Shown here: positions 1 to 12,425 of the stretch, one piece after another | Position numbering within the stretch: the first letter of the stretch is position 1 | Layout of the letters: every line of letters begins with the position of its first letter | Notes under the pieces: generated by a model | Database searches by the model: none | What the model saw: the letters and a program-made list of their open reading frames with translations, nothing else | Told to the model about the DNA's origin: nothing | Assembly: GCF_001194135.2 (NCBI RefSeq) | Contig: NC_068994.1 | Coordinates: 18,746,785-18,810,784 of the forward strand | Reading direction: 5' to 3' | Origin: Octopus bimaculoides | Lineage: Eukaryota | DNA: 64,000 nt | Program-made: the position numbers and the translations under genes

Positions 1-68
1 ACAAGTGATGACATGCTATGCTGTACAAGATCCAGCAAAACTCATGCAAGTGTCATAAAATGTGTGTA

Positions 69-150
69 TAACAATAATAATGATAATAATAATGATAATA
101 ATAATAATGATGATAATAATAATAATAATGATGATGATAATAATGATAAT
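69..150. repeat. (AAT/GAT)n trinucleotide microsatellite
   Basis: Direct reading; it also explains the poly-N/D ORF at 13..225. Confidence 0.95.
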
Positions 151-200
151 AAATTTACAAGTTTACTCTGGAAAAATTTAGAGTACAATCCGCCTCTAAG

Positions 201-357
201 AGGTGCAGGCGTAGTTGTGCAATAAGAAACCTCAACCAGATGGTTCCGAGTTCAGTCCCACTGTATGGCACCTTGGGCAAGTGTCTTCTACTATAGCCTC
301 AGGCCAACCAAAGCCTTGTGAGTGGATTCGGTAGGTGGAAACTGGAAGAAGTCCGTC

Positions 358-399
<42 letters not shown>

Positions 400-596
400 T
401 TATGTTTGTCCCCCACAATTGCTTGACAACCGATGTTGGTGTATTTACATCTCCGTAACTAGTGGTTCGATAACCAACAGAATAAATACCAGGCTTTTAA
501 AAAAAAAAGTCCTGGGGTTGATTCATTCAACTAAAATTCTTCAAAGCAGTGCTCCAGCATGACCATAGTCTAAATATCAAAACAAGTAAAAGATAA
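201..596 (+). mobile_element. SINE family A, near full length (tRNA-like head, CCTTGGGCAAGT core, internal microsatellite, 3' body)
   Basis: B-box-like GAGTTCAGTCCC, then GCACCTTGGGCAAGTGTCTTCTACTATAGCC, (TG)n and the tail GCTCCAGCATG...AAACAAGTAAAAG. The same sequence recurs at >15 places in the window. Confidence 0.9.
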
Positions 597-754
597 TAGC
601 GAGCAACATAGACAGTTCCATAGTATTAAGATAACATTTTTATATAATTGATTCCTAACAGTTATAAGCTGAAGCACACAAAATAACTGAGCTTGCTCAT
701 ATATACATACATAGACTGCAAAAATTAGGGTGGAATTGAGCAATACCTATGAGT

Positions 755-975
755 TCATCATCATCATTTAAAGTCTGTTGTCCTTGCTGGCATGGGTTGG
801 ACAGTTTGATTAGGCTGGCACACTGGAATGCTGCACCAGACTCCAGTCTGATGTGGCATGATTTTCTACGGCTGGATGCCCTAACACCAATCACTCCGAG
901 AGTGCAATGGGCATTTTTTATGTGACATCAGGGTGCATTTTCATTCCACTGGCACAGGTGCCAATTTGCATGACA
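755..975 (-). mobile_element. Family B (RTE-LINE 3' end), diverged copy
   Basis: Reverse of ...GGCATCCAGC..AGAAA...AACCCATGCCAGCA...(GAT)n tail. Confidence 0.8.
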
Positions 976-1133
976 CCAGTATCATATATATATATATATA
1001 GGTATATGATCGTCAATGTATCATTACATAATCTCCACATAATTAAATCAATGGCTAACTAGCGCAATTGACCTGCTTCTTCCTGTGTTTGTTTCTCCAT
1101 TCTCCACATGATTATATATATACATACATATAA

Positions 1134-1174
<41 letters not shown>

Positions 1175-1177
<3 letters not shown>

Positions 1178-1205
1178 GTCGTCGTCAACTTACGATTGTC
1201 GTCAA
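1175..1205 (+). mobile_element. Possible pogo/Tigger-like TIR remnant after (TA)n
   Basis: TA|CAGGTCGTCGTCAACTTACGA resembles Tigger-type termini as I recall them; no second TIR found. Confidence 0.3.
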
Positions 1206-1404
1206 TGGTAGACAGAAATTATATCTACTCAGCCTTTTCCTTTTTATGGTATTTTCCATTTGCTCATAGCATTTTAAGCCATCGAGTGAATATTCAACTC
1301 CATACAGAATGTTATTGATGAACACTCAAGGCAGACATCAAAGCAAACATCACTTTGAAAACAATTACAGCATGTAATTAGGTAAAAAAAGATAAAACTA
1401 CCTT

Positions 1405-1645
1405 CTTAAGTCATATAGATTCATAAGGGCTGGTTTCCCGGTTCCATGGTGTATATATTCCCCTTCTGGATGGAACACTGGTCCATTGCAGGATTACTCC
1501 ATTTTTGCTAGCTGAGCAGACAGGAGCCATATGAAATGAAGTGTTTTGCTCAAGAAGACAGTGCATCATCCAGTTCAGGAATTGAAACCACAAACTTATG
1601 ATCATGAGTCCAACACCCTAACCACTAAGCCACATGCCTCCACAC
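1405..1645 (-). mobile_element. tRNA-derived SINE family C
   Basis: Minus strand reads GTGGAGGCATGTGGCTTAGTGGTT (A box)...GGTTTCAATTCC (B box)...TCTTGAGCAAAACACTT...CTGCAATGGAC...GGGAAACCAGCCCTTATGA. Confidence 0.85.
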
Positions 1646-1687
1646 AGTATGTAATTAGTCATTCAAAAATACACAAAAACTGTTAAC

Positions 1688-2424
1688 TTAATCCTTTAGT
1701 ATTTAAACCAGCCACATCCAGCCAAAATGTTCTAATTGTTTTGTGTTCAAACTGGCAAGATCTGGTTTCTCACACATACCCTACAATGCCATTCTAAAAA
1801 ATTAACAGTTGCCTCATCAAAATCCCATAGCTGCAAGATGATGCATGATTAATTCAAAACAATGTGAATAAATAAGCATTATTTTGACAAATAATGTAAA
1901 TGTTAAAGGGTTAAACCAGCAATATCCAGCGCAAATATTCTATCTACTTTATGTTCGATCCAACCAGATTCAGCCTCTCACACCTACCTTGCAATGTTCC
2001 TCTAAAAATAAGCATCACATCATCAAAACCTTGAAGCTTTGAAATAATGAATGATTAATTGAAAATAATTTGCATAAATGTTTATGAATTTGTGCTCCAA
2101 GATCCCTGATGTGAAACTGTGTGTTGAAACATATTTTGGGATGGTCATTTTTTCTCTTTTTCTTTTGCCAAAATAAACACACACACAATATATTTGTTAT
2201 TCACTTGTTTGGTATTGTTCTTTTTTTAGTTCTTATTTTATCTTTTGTCCATTGTCTGACAATGGATATAAGATGTAATAAAAACAAAAATAAACAAGTG
2301 AAGAACAAATATATAGTGCACGTGTTTCTCTGGGAAAAAAAAAAGTGGCCATCCCAAAATATAACAAAATTTGAATAAATAAGCATTAAATTTAACAGAA
2401 TAATCTGAATAATAAAGGGTTGAA
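1688..2424 (+). mobile_element. Two tandem piggyBac-like MITEs (family G, ~225 bp); the second is interrupted
   Basis: First copy runs TTAA-TCCTTTAG...TAAAGGG-TTAA (1688-1914); a second copy follows directly and ends TAAAGGGTTGA near 2424. TTAA target plus CCC..GGG ends is the piggyBac signature. Confidence 0.7.
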
Positions 2425-2576
2425 CATTTATCATTTGTTGTCAAAATATTCCTTGCACCAATGCATGATTCCACTTCAACATGCAGTCTCAGACCAAATG
2501 AGTTGCCTTGCAAATACTGTATTTATCTCATAACAGTTGTAAAAGAGCATAACAAATTAATAAATAATATCAATTG

Positions 2577-2730
2577 ATGGCGTTAGGAAGGGCATCCAGC
2601 TGTAGAAACTCTGCCAAATCAGACTGGAGCCTGGTGTTGCCATCCGGTTTCACCAGTCCTCAGTCAAATCGTCCAACCCATGCTAGCATGGAAAGCGGAC
2701 GTTAAACGATGATGATGATGATGATGATGA
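2577..2730 (+). mobile_element. Family B, young 5'-truncated copy
   Basis: GGCGTTAGGAAGGGCATCCAGCTGTAGAAAC...GGAAAGCGGACGTTAAACGATGATGATG; nearly identical to the copies at 15.5, 20.1 and 47.7 kb. Confidence 0.9.
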
Positions 2731-3372
2731 ATTCAAACTTCCGATAAATTTTTACAAGTATTTTCCTCACCTGCTTTAAGCTACTAAACTGCAAGATTCA
2801 TATCAGAAAGTTATGAAAAGAAAATAGCATAATGTATGCAATTGTATTGTGCTAAATTAAAAATTTGTAAACTCATGCAACTAGCAACATTAAAACTTGA
2901 TGTAAAATGATTGGTTGGTGTATATCAGCTATTTTTCTTCCTCTTTCTAGAAATTATCAGTAATTTAGTACTAACTGAATTTAATATCAGTAGAGGCTGT
3001 TTGCTAAATATATTAAAATACTGTTTTTAACCAAAGTTTTACATAGCTAATCTCCTGGTCTTGATAAATTAGTATTTAGAAGATTAGTTTACACTTCAGT
3101 CAGGTGTTTAGCAATCTTTATAAATAGATATTTTTATAAAACTCCAGCCAAATACTACCAAATACCAACAATGAGAGACATTTTAGCAGCAAAACAGTGA
3201 TGGCAACCAGGCTCAAAACATTTACATTGAAGAATTTTGAAATGTTTCATACCAGTGTAACAAGAAATCATTTTGGTTAAATCATATTATAATAGAGAAC
3301 CTGATCTCCATTTTGTCTGTCTGCAACATCTGTGTAGAGAGAGGGAAGAAGGGGAGGAGAAAAAGTTGTTGC

Positions 3373-3376
<4 letters not shown>

Positions 3377-3425
<49 letters not shown>
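3377..3425. repeat. (GA)n microsatellite
   Basis: Direct reading. Confidence 0.95.
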
Positions 3426-3429
<4 letters not shown>

Positions 3430-3537
3430 TAGATAGTGTTGTCATCTTAGTAACTAACAAGTTTTGATTAAAAATATGGGAATTTTAAGTTCAACTGTAA
3501 ACATAACGCAGCACAGACTTCAAAAGAAGACTATATA

Positions 3538-3867
3538 CTCTTTTACTTGTTTAAGTCATTTGACTGTGGCCATGCTGGAACACCGCCTTTAGTCGAGCAA
3601 ATCGACCCCAGGACTTATTCTTTGTAAGCCTAGTACTTATTCTGTCGGTCTCTTTTGCCGAACCACTAAGTTACGGGAATGTAAACACACCAGCATCGGT
3701 TGTCAAGCAATGTTGGAGGGACAAACACAGACACACAAACACATATATACGACGGGCTTCTTTCAGTTTCCGTCTACCAAATCCACTCATAAGGCTTTGG
3801 TCGGCCCAAGGCTATAGTAGAAGACACTTGTCCAAGGTGCCACACAGGGGGACTGAACCCGGAACCA
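3538..3867 (-). mobile_element. SINE family A, 5'-truncated
   Basis: Reverse complement of the family A body and core. Confidence 0.9.
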
Positions 3868-4289
3868 TTATATACATATAATACACAAAGTTTTGTTTCA
3901 TCGGTGTGCATGTGTGTGTGTGTGTGTATTTCTGCATGTTTTTCAACAAATAAACAATGCAACACAGACTTTAAAAAAAGACTTTCATTTTGAAAAATTT
4001 ATGAATGTGCATGATTAACAAATATTTTTACTGGCAACATAGTGACAGGTAACGGCCTAGTATATATAACATATTACCATCAATTAATTTTATCATATAA
4101 AAGAAGAGCCAGCTGGACACTTCATCACCACCATTTATCTTTTTGCAGCAGTTTTTAATCATTCTAACCCTCTCTTCGAAATATGAGTAGCCATGTAGCT
4201 CCTCCACCTGTTCTTCCCCCTCGCACTTCCATTTTCTCATCCCTATCTCCTAGCATAAAATCAAAACCACCTGTCAGGGTTCATAGTCT

Positions 4290-4497
4290 TGTGAGCTGGG
4301 TGGCAACCTCACATGTCTTGGTGGAAAGAGAGAGAGAAAAAAAAGGCTGTATACCATTAGCCAAGGCATCCAGCTATGAAAACCATACCAAAGCAGACAT
4401 TGGAGCATCATACAATCCTTGGATTCCTCAGATCCTGGCAAACCATCCAAATCATGTCAACATGGAACATTGATGTTAAATAATGATGATGATGATG
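4290..4497 (+). mobile_element. Family B, older copy
   Basis: GGCATCCAGCTATGAAAACC...ATGATGATGATG tail. Confidence 0.75.
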
Positions 4498-4670
4498 AAA
4501 AGGATGGGAAGTTAGAAGAAACAAATATGCATTATGTGAAATAAATGCTTTACAATTTATAGTTTCATTCCTTTACATTCTAAATTTAAATCACGCTATT
4601 GTTCAGCCCTGGATTGTCTCCAATTCAGCAGATGTATGAGTAAAGGCTTTCAAGCCATGATTGTCTATCT

Positions 4671-6529
4671 CAGCGCTTCTTAAACTATGAGTTATGACCC
4701 CAAATGGGATCATGAAGCAAAATGCCGGGGGTCACAAATATTAAATTCAAACACTTGAATTTCAGTTTATATGTTGTTTCAGAAACGCACAATATATAAC
4801 GTGATGCACCATGCAAGTACTGCGGTAATAAAATGCGTGTGTGGCACTGTTGCGACTACTGCAGTGACAACGTATTTTCAGTGTAGCTGGTTATGTTATG
4901 TTTTCAGTGTAGTTGGTTATGAAGATGGTAGAAATACTTCATAGAAATAAATATGGTGATGAAATTTGGAAAATTCCTTTGTCGAACGACACTGTCACCA
5001 ATAGAATTACTGAAATAAGCAACGACCAATTTGAGCAATTTATTATTATACTTAAAGAAAACCCAATATTTGCAATTCAGTTGGACAAAACAACTGATGT
5101 TTCAAAAATGGCTTAATTGTAAGTATACGTCAGATACATTTATAAAGAGAACGCCAATGAAAAATTATTATTTTGTTATCCTTTGGAAGAACATTCAAGA
5201 GGGAAAGATGTATATAGTAAAATTGATGAATTTTTAAAAACTGTAGGTTTGGAATAGAAAGATTGTATTGGAGTATGCACAGATGGTGCAGAAGCAATGA
5301 CGGACGAAAATATTGGTTTTAAATCATTTGTTAAAGGTGTTGGTAATAATCATGTAACTTTTACCACTGCATGATCCATCAAGAGGCCCTTGCAGCAAAA
5401 AAATTAGCACCGGAATTAAACGATGTACTTCAGGATATTATCAAAACTTATAAACTTTACTAAAACCCATGCCCTTAACAGCCGTTTATTTTCAAATCTC
5501 TGTAAAGACATGGACTCGGAATACAAAAACTTATCATTACATGCAAAAGTAAGGTAGCTGTCAGGAGAGTGAAGTTTGGACAAATTATTGTTGTTAAAAG
5601 ATGAAACTATTATATTTTTAACCAAACAAAAATCTGATCTTGCTGCTTTTTTTTCAAAATAACTTAATGGCTTTCAAATTTATGCTATTTGTGAGATATT
5701 TTTCAGAAACTAAATGATCTCAACTTGTCTCTTCAAGGAAAGAAAAGCGATATATTTACTTCGAATGATAAAATTGAGGGTTTCATTAAAAAGATCAACA
5801 TTTGGAAGAGTGGGGTGAAAAATGATTCATTCAAAATGTTTCCAGTTATCAACAATTTTCTAATTGAAAAGAATAATTGTATAAATTTAATTGCAACAAT
5901 TATTATAGACCACTTAAATACCTTATAAACAGTTTCACATGGACTACATATTGAATTTTAATTTCAAAAAGTTATTTTGGATTCAGAAACCATTTTCAAT
6001 TGACATTGATGATATTAATCATCTGCTGTATAAAATTGAATAGGAATTCGCTGAGCTATCTATCGAGTGACTCAAACTCGAAATTTGAATTTAGAAAAAA
6101 TCTTTGACTCAATTCTGGATTGGAGCTAAAGCTGAATTTCCCACAATTTCTGAAATGGCATTACATGTTCGTTTGTCATTTAACACCACATACCTATGTG
6201 AAAGGACTTTTTCAGCTTTAACCCTTATTAAAACCAAATATTGTTCAATGCTGAAAAACATAGAAGCTTTACATTCGGCAGTGTCAAATATTACACCAAG
6301 GTTTAATTTGTTATGCAACAAAAAACAAGCACATCCGTCACATTGATTTTTACTTTGGTCTATTTTTGTACTTGAAACAAATCCTAAAACTACTTTTATT
6401 TTGACAAATAATATAACTACTGATTTATGTATTTATTTGTATGTTTTATTTCATACTTAATACCTAGGGTTGCGTAAAATCTTGTTATGAAAAATGGCAT
6501 CATGAATGAAAAAAATTTAAGAAGCGCTG
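4671..6529 (+). mobile_element. hAT (Buster/Charlie-type) DNA transposon, internally deleted, decayed transposase
   Basis: Perfect 14-bp TIRs CAGCGCTTCTTAAA (4671-4684 and 6516-6529). Perfect 8-bp TSD GTCTATCT (4663-4670 and 6530-6537) with central TA. Broken-frame motifs IPLSNDTV, AIQLDKTTD, VCTDGAEAM, HCMIHQEALAAK, TYLCERTFS and C-terminal KQAHPSH. Confidence 0.95.
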
Positions 6530-6834
6530 GTCTATCTCATCACAATTTTTTTAGGCAGTGTGCCACTTAGGACAGTGATGACAATCCAATGATACGTAAG
6601 TCAGCAGTGACAGGTCATTAGGTTTTAGGTTGATATCTAATGGCCCTTAAACTCAACACCAACAAATTCATAAAAATTAAGATAACTTTACTAATTTCAT
6701 GTTATGATTTTATAAGTATATATCGAAATTCTCAAAGTACATTTTATTTGATGTTTTATAAATAGTTTTATAAATATATTGCAAATATATATATGACACT
6801 CAACAACAGACTTAAAAATAATTCAATTTCTGTG

Positions 6835-6970
6835 TACTAAGTCCACTTACAGGGCTTTGGTTGTTCCGAGGCTATAATAGAAGACACTTGCCCAAAGTTC
6901 TATGCAGTGGGACTGAACCAGGAACCTTGTGCTTAGGAAGCAAGCTTCTTACCACACAGCCATACCTACA
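6835..6970 (-). mobile_element. SINE family A 5' part
   Basis: Reverse of head and core (AGACACTTGCCCAA, GGGACTGAACC). Confidence 0.85.
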
Positions 6971-7189
6971 AAATATGGCTGTAAGTTTTTGATATTAATA
7001 CAGAAGGCAAAATAAAAGTGGAAATAAAATAAATTGGAAATATAATAAAAGTGGAAATAATAAAATAAAAGTGGAAAGTTTACATGATTTTAAATAGCTT
7101 CAAGGTCACTTCCACTATATTTGGTTTTTATTCTATCAATGGATATCCTCTTCATTCAGGAAGTTGACATTTAGCTTTATTTTGCTATG

Positions 7190-7930
7190 ACTGGGACGTG
7201 TGTGTGTGTATGTGCCTGTGTGTGTGTGTATGTATGTGTGTGTGTGTGTGTGCAAGCATATGAGTGTGCCTGTGTATGTTAGTGAGTTTGTTGATGTATG
7301 CATGCATATACATGTGGGTATTGATACATGTGTGTGTATAAATGTAGTATGTGTGTGTATGTGTGCAGAATGTAAATGTATGTATTTGTATACAAGTGTA
7401 GTACTTTGTGTGAGAATATGCATATACAAATGTACACAAGTTCATACATGAATACGTATATATATTGCATGTAACCTGGTGTATAAAGGCAAGTGTACAT
7501 ATTTATACATGTGCAGAAATGAATGTATGTGTATGTATGCATATGTGNNNNNNNNNNNNNNNNNNNNNNNNNNNNNNNNNNNNNNNNNNNNNNNNNNNNN
7601 NNNNNNNNNNNNNNNNNNNNNNNNNNAAAGCATCACTGAGTGAGCAAGTATGTACATGCACTTTAATGTGTGTGCATGTAAGTGCATGCCTGTGTATTCA
7701 AGAGTAAATGTACAAGCATGTAAATCTGCAAGTGCATACAGGCATGTGTGAATATGCAAGTGCTTAGGTACATGTATTGAATTATGCAAGCGCACACACA
7801 CACGCATGAGTAAGTATGCAACTATATAATGAAGTGCGTTACTATATGTGTGCGTAAATATGAGAACACAAATGGATACGTAAGCATGCAAGCATATATA
7901 TATATATATATATATAGTGAATTTGGCAGA

Positions 7931-7978
<48 letters not shown>

Positions 7979-8050
7979 CAAATACATATGTATGTGTGTC
8001 TAAATATGAGTGCATACATGAATGTGTGATTCCACAAATTAGCATATATG
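7190..8050. repeat. Degenerate (TG)/(TA)/(TATG) low-complexity tract, with gap 7548-7626
   Basis: Direct reading. Confidence 0.9.
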
Positions 8051-8774
8051 TATTGCGTGTGAATGCTTACATAGGATATTTACCATTAACATGCACAGTC
8101 CTTCTTTTTATATTTATTTTCCTCTTTGTTATGCATAAAGCTAAATAATTTAGTTTATCTCTGAAGTTGGTTACAAGCAAAAAAAAAAAAAAATCTGCCT
8201 GTTCAGTACATAAGACTACTATCTTCAGTAACATTGTAAGAATTCCAGAATAGCAAAACCTCAAGGGATTTAAAACAATATAAGAGAAATCACTCAAAAT
8301 AAACTGGAGATAATCCTTACAACAATGTTTAAATTAGCATTAATGCCATAAGCCACAATGTGTTTCATTGTATCAAAAATATTTCAAAAGGGGAAAATGG
8401 ATTCTTTTTCAAAACCTTTTTTTTTAATATTTTTATTTTATCTACCAAATGATGATGTAACTGCTGATGGATAAACAGATTTTAAGCAGCTGAGATATAT
8501 TTTACACTGCCATGTGCTCAGACATCCTGGATGTTTCAACTACATCACAAGCTTTTTTTTTTTTACTTGATGAGAAGGAAGGTTTGAGCTCATCGCTGCA
8601 TAAACTAACAAAGCATCTGTCAATTGCATAATGTGGTCCAACTCCGGCTGTTTTCAATACAACTTTGCATGATGTGCTGGTTGTTATTGATGTCTTTAAC
8701 TCTATGTCAGTTCCAACAGAACACAAAGCTGTGATCAAAAGCATTTCAGTCATGACCATGCTATCTCTTTTTTG

Positions 8775-9055
8775 TCCTGGAGCCAACCAATGCCTGTTGA
8801 GTGAATATGGCAGATGGAAACTGTGCAGAAGCCTGTTGTATGTACATGTGTGTCCAACACCCACCACTTAACCAGTGTTGAATTGTTTATGTTCCCATAA
8901 CTTACCAGTTCAAAAAAAAAAAAAAGAAGAGACTAACAGAATAAGTACCTGACTCAAAAAAGAAACCTAAGTAATGAGGTTGATCTGTTAGACTAAAACC
9001 CTTCAAGATGGTGCCCCGGCATGGCCACAGTCCAATAACTGAAACAAGTAAAAAA
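8775..9055 (+). mobile_element. SINE family A, diverged body and tail
   Basis: CCAACCAATGCCTGTTGAGTG...GATGGTGCCCCGGCATGGCCACAGTCCAATAACTGAAACAAGTAAAA. Confidence 0.8.
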
Positions 9056-10294
9056 TAGTATATCTAGGATTATATTAAACCAGTTTCTTTTCACCATTTG
9101 AATAACATAGTTAAAACTATAATGAAATTTGAAATCAGAATGTAAAGGAATGGGACTAAATAATAGAAACATGCAGGCTCCTCTCTCCATCTTTTCTACT
9201 GCTACTTCCAAGGTCTCTTCTCCTCAGAGCTTGCTCACTAATCTCCTTCCTTGTCACTCATAATGTGTCCACTACCTCACCCCAGGCCTTTGACTAACCA
9301 CTAACCTTTATCCTTCTCCCTGAGAATGCTTTCGCCTCCGGTAATATATCCTTGTTCATGTTTTTACTGTTGCCAACATCTTGCAGCTGTTTATAAAGAA
9401 TGCCAGCTGCCGTGATTCCACCAGGCTCAGAGGAGGTCCTTGAAGGCCACAGACAAACACAATACCTTCCTTCAGTCAATTCCAATAAAAACCAAAAGCT
9501 ATTCAGTTTGAAATTCAACCAATTCTGTCAATTCACTATTTTCGCTTTAAAGTTTATTCAGATTTGTAGTGTTTTCAGATGCTGCACAAATTCCATCTAA
9601 ATACTACTAAGTCCTTATTTAATCAAATGGTCTCCCACTTTTATCTCACCACTTACGGACAGTAATAATTCGTATCATGATATATAAGAGATATTAATAT
9701 ATATATATATCTTTTTTTTAAAATTAGAAATAAAAAAAGGAAAACAAAAATGAAATAAATAAAAAAACATGATTTTATTTACAAGGGTGTTTCAGGAGTG
9801 TGATTAACACATTGTTTAATGAAAGTGATATCTTGGCTGATTGCAATATAGAGTCAATATCAAAGTGTTAGAATAACAGAGCTTTGTAAAACAATCTAAA
9901 TGTAGAAATGGAACAAAATATTGATTTCCAACTTAAACACAAAGCCACCATTTTGATGACAGGAGAAATTCGGTCATTTTAATCAACATTAGTACTTGAA
10001 TGATATTTTATTTTATTGACCATGAAAACATGTTAAGTAAAGTTGCACAAGGTATTTAGTACCTTCCTGATTCTGCCATCAACCACCCTATAAATGGCAT
10101 TAAATATTAATGATTTCTTACATTAGCACTAACTTGTAGATGAAATGTTGATGGGGAGGTAATGATTGAGTTAGTCAATCTAATTGTGGTATTCATCTTA
10201 TTGTTGAAGTAGAATTTAAAAAACAAATCTCACGTCAGTGAGATTTCCAATCAAAGGGATGTAACTAAAAGCATCTAGTATGGCACGACACCAA

Positions 10295-10520
10295 CTTTAA
10301 AATAATGGTTTTAAATTTTGGCACAAGGCCAGCAGTTTCGGTGGGGAGGGGGATAAGTCGATTGCATTGACCCAGTGTGCAACAAGTACTAATTTTATTG
10401 ACCTCAAAAGGATGAAAGGCAAAGACAACCCTAGAAAAATTTGAATGCGGAATGTAAAAAAGGATGAAATGCTGCTAAGCATTCTGTCTAGTGTGTTAAC
10501 AATTCTGCCAGCTCACTGCC
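10295..10520 (-). mobile_element. SINE family D
   Basis: Reverse of GGCAGTGAGCTGGCAGAA...GCCTTTCATCCTTT...GGGTCAATGCAATCGACTT. Confidence 0.85.
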
Positions 10521-10547
10521 TTTACCAACTTTAAAATAACTACAATT

Positions 10548-10735
10548 GGTGCAGGTATGGCTGTGTGCTTGAAAAGTTTGCTTTTCAATCACATGATTTC
10601 AAGTTCAGTCCTACAGTGTGAAATCTTAAGCAAGTTTCTTCCGCTATAGCCCTGAATCAACCAAAGCCTTGTGAGTGGGTTTGGTAGATAGAAATTGACA
10701 GAAGCCTGTTGTATGTAAATACATATGTAATATAT
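10548..10735 (+). mobile_element. SINE family A 5' half
   Basis: GGTGCAGGTATGGCTGTGTG...AAGTTCAGTCC...GTGAGTGGGTTTGGTAGATAGAAATTGA. Confidence 0.85.
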
Positions 10736-10750
10736 ATATAGATATATATA

Positions 10751-10984
10751 TTGGGTTGGTGCATAATTTTTGTGGCAGTTTTTCAACAAATTTTATTCAA
10801 CAAAAACAATAACAATATTTAACAAAAACATCTTTAAATGGCGGCCTGACCATCTGCCAAGCAAATGGGAAGCAGTAATTGAAGTAGATGGTGAATATGC
10901 TCCAGAATAATCATTTAAAGATGTTTTTGTTACTGTTGAATAAAATTTGTTGAAAAAAAGCCGCAATAATTTTATGCACCAACC
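10751..10984 (+). mobile_element. Mariner-derived MITE (Hsmar1/cecropia-like TIR); right end runs into a gap
   Basis: TA|TTGGGTTGGTGCATAA; inverted arms 10754-10840 and 10912-10984; the centre encodes a mariner C-terminus, PDHLPSKWEAVIEVDGEYAPE*. Confidence 0.85.
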
Positions 10985-12425
10985 NNNNNNNNNNNNNNNN
11001 NNNNNNNNNNNNNNNNNNNNNNNNNNNNNNNNNNNNNNNNNNNNNNNNNNNNNNNNNNNNNNNNNNNNNNNNNNNNNNNNNNNNNNNNNNNNNNNNNNNN
11101 NNNNNNNNNNNNNNNNNNNNNNNNNNNNNNNNNNNNNNNNNNNNNNNNNNNNNNNNNNNNNNNNNNNNNNNNNNNNNNNNNNNNNNNNNNNNNNNNNNNN
11201 NNNNNNNNNNNNNNNNNNNNNNNNNNNNNNNNNNNNNNNNNNNNNNNNNNNNNNNNNNNNNNNNNNNNNNNNNNNNNNNNNNNNNNNNNNNNNNNNNNNN
11301 NNNNNNNNNNNNNNNNNNNNNNNNNNNNNNNNNNNNNNNNNNNNNNNNNNNNNNNNNNNNNNNNNNNNNNNNNNNNNNNNNNNNNNNNNNNNNNNNNNNN
11401 NNNNNNNNNNNNNNNNNNNNNNNNNNNNNNNNNNNNNNNNNNNNNNNNNNNNNNNNNNNNNNNNNNNNNNNNNNNNTATATATATATATATATATTGTAT
11501 GTAATATATATGTTGTGTGCATGTTTGTATGTAACCATGCTATGACATATTGCATGATAGTCCTAAGCAAGTGTCACTGTTATATATGCAGTGTCACTCA
11601 TTTCCAAAAACATGTCTAACCATGGGAAAATATTATCTTTTATCTGAAAAAGGGTGAGGGTTAATGACAGGATGGGAATCTGGCCATAGAAAATATCAAT
11701 AAATAAAGGGGCCAGACTGGCCACTATCAGATGGTGCTGGTCAGCATTGAGACATCAAGTGTTTTCAGACCCTGTACTACCAATTTCTTCCACAAAATAG
11801 GGACAATAATGGCCTGTCAGAGAAATGAGACCCTGCAAGGTGAAGGGACTGCTGCATTGAGTGTCATAGGCCAGTTTCCACAGTAATGCCATCACAGTCA
11901 TTACTGTGGGGTGAAGCTGAGCATACCATATGTTCTGGGGTAGGAGGTCCATTGCCTCCTTTCCCCCCTCAATCTTATACTGCTTTACTCCCTACTCACC
12001 TTTTTTTACTTTTCTTTTTTTTTCCTTTCTTATTACTCTTTTTTTCTTGTTTCTTTATAAATGTTATAAACAAAATTTTTAATTGAAATGTATAGCTACA
12101 AATATAAAAAGATCAGGAATTTAGATTATTATAAAGATGTACCTCTGTTCTACTGGTCAGCATATGAGTTTCATTCCTGGATTTAATTACAAAGGTTTTT
12201 AAAACCCAGCAAAAGCAGGGCTGGAGAACAAAAACAAAAGAAGATGCATAGAACTGAATTAAGATGATTTGGAAAAAATCAATTACTATTTTGCTGACAA
12301 TAAATTTAACTGTATGGACATGTTTGTAGTCAAGATCATTGTGTATTATTCATGCATTTCAAACAGATTATAATACAAAGAAAAAAAAACCATCATCAAT
12401 ATTGATTGACAGAGACACAGCCATG

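Noticed and set aside
8567-8728. 162-nt phase 1-1 exon candidate on minus (LCSVGTDIELK...CFVSLCSDELKPSFSS)
   Set aside because: The acceptor and 5' part lie in a dispersed repeat (8680-8775, similar to 4600-4670 and 23314-23390), the pyrimidine tract is weak, and I recognise no domain.
9180-9600. Purine/pyrimidine-skewed segment with short ORFs on both strands
   Set aside because: No RT, endonuclease or transposase motif I could confirm.
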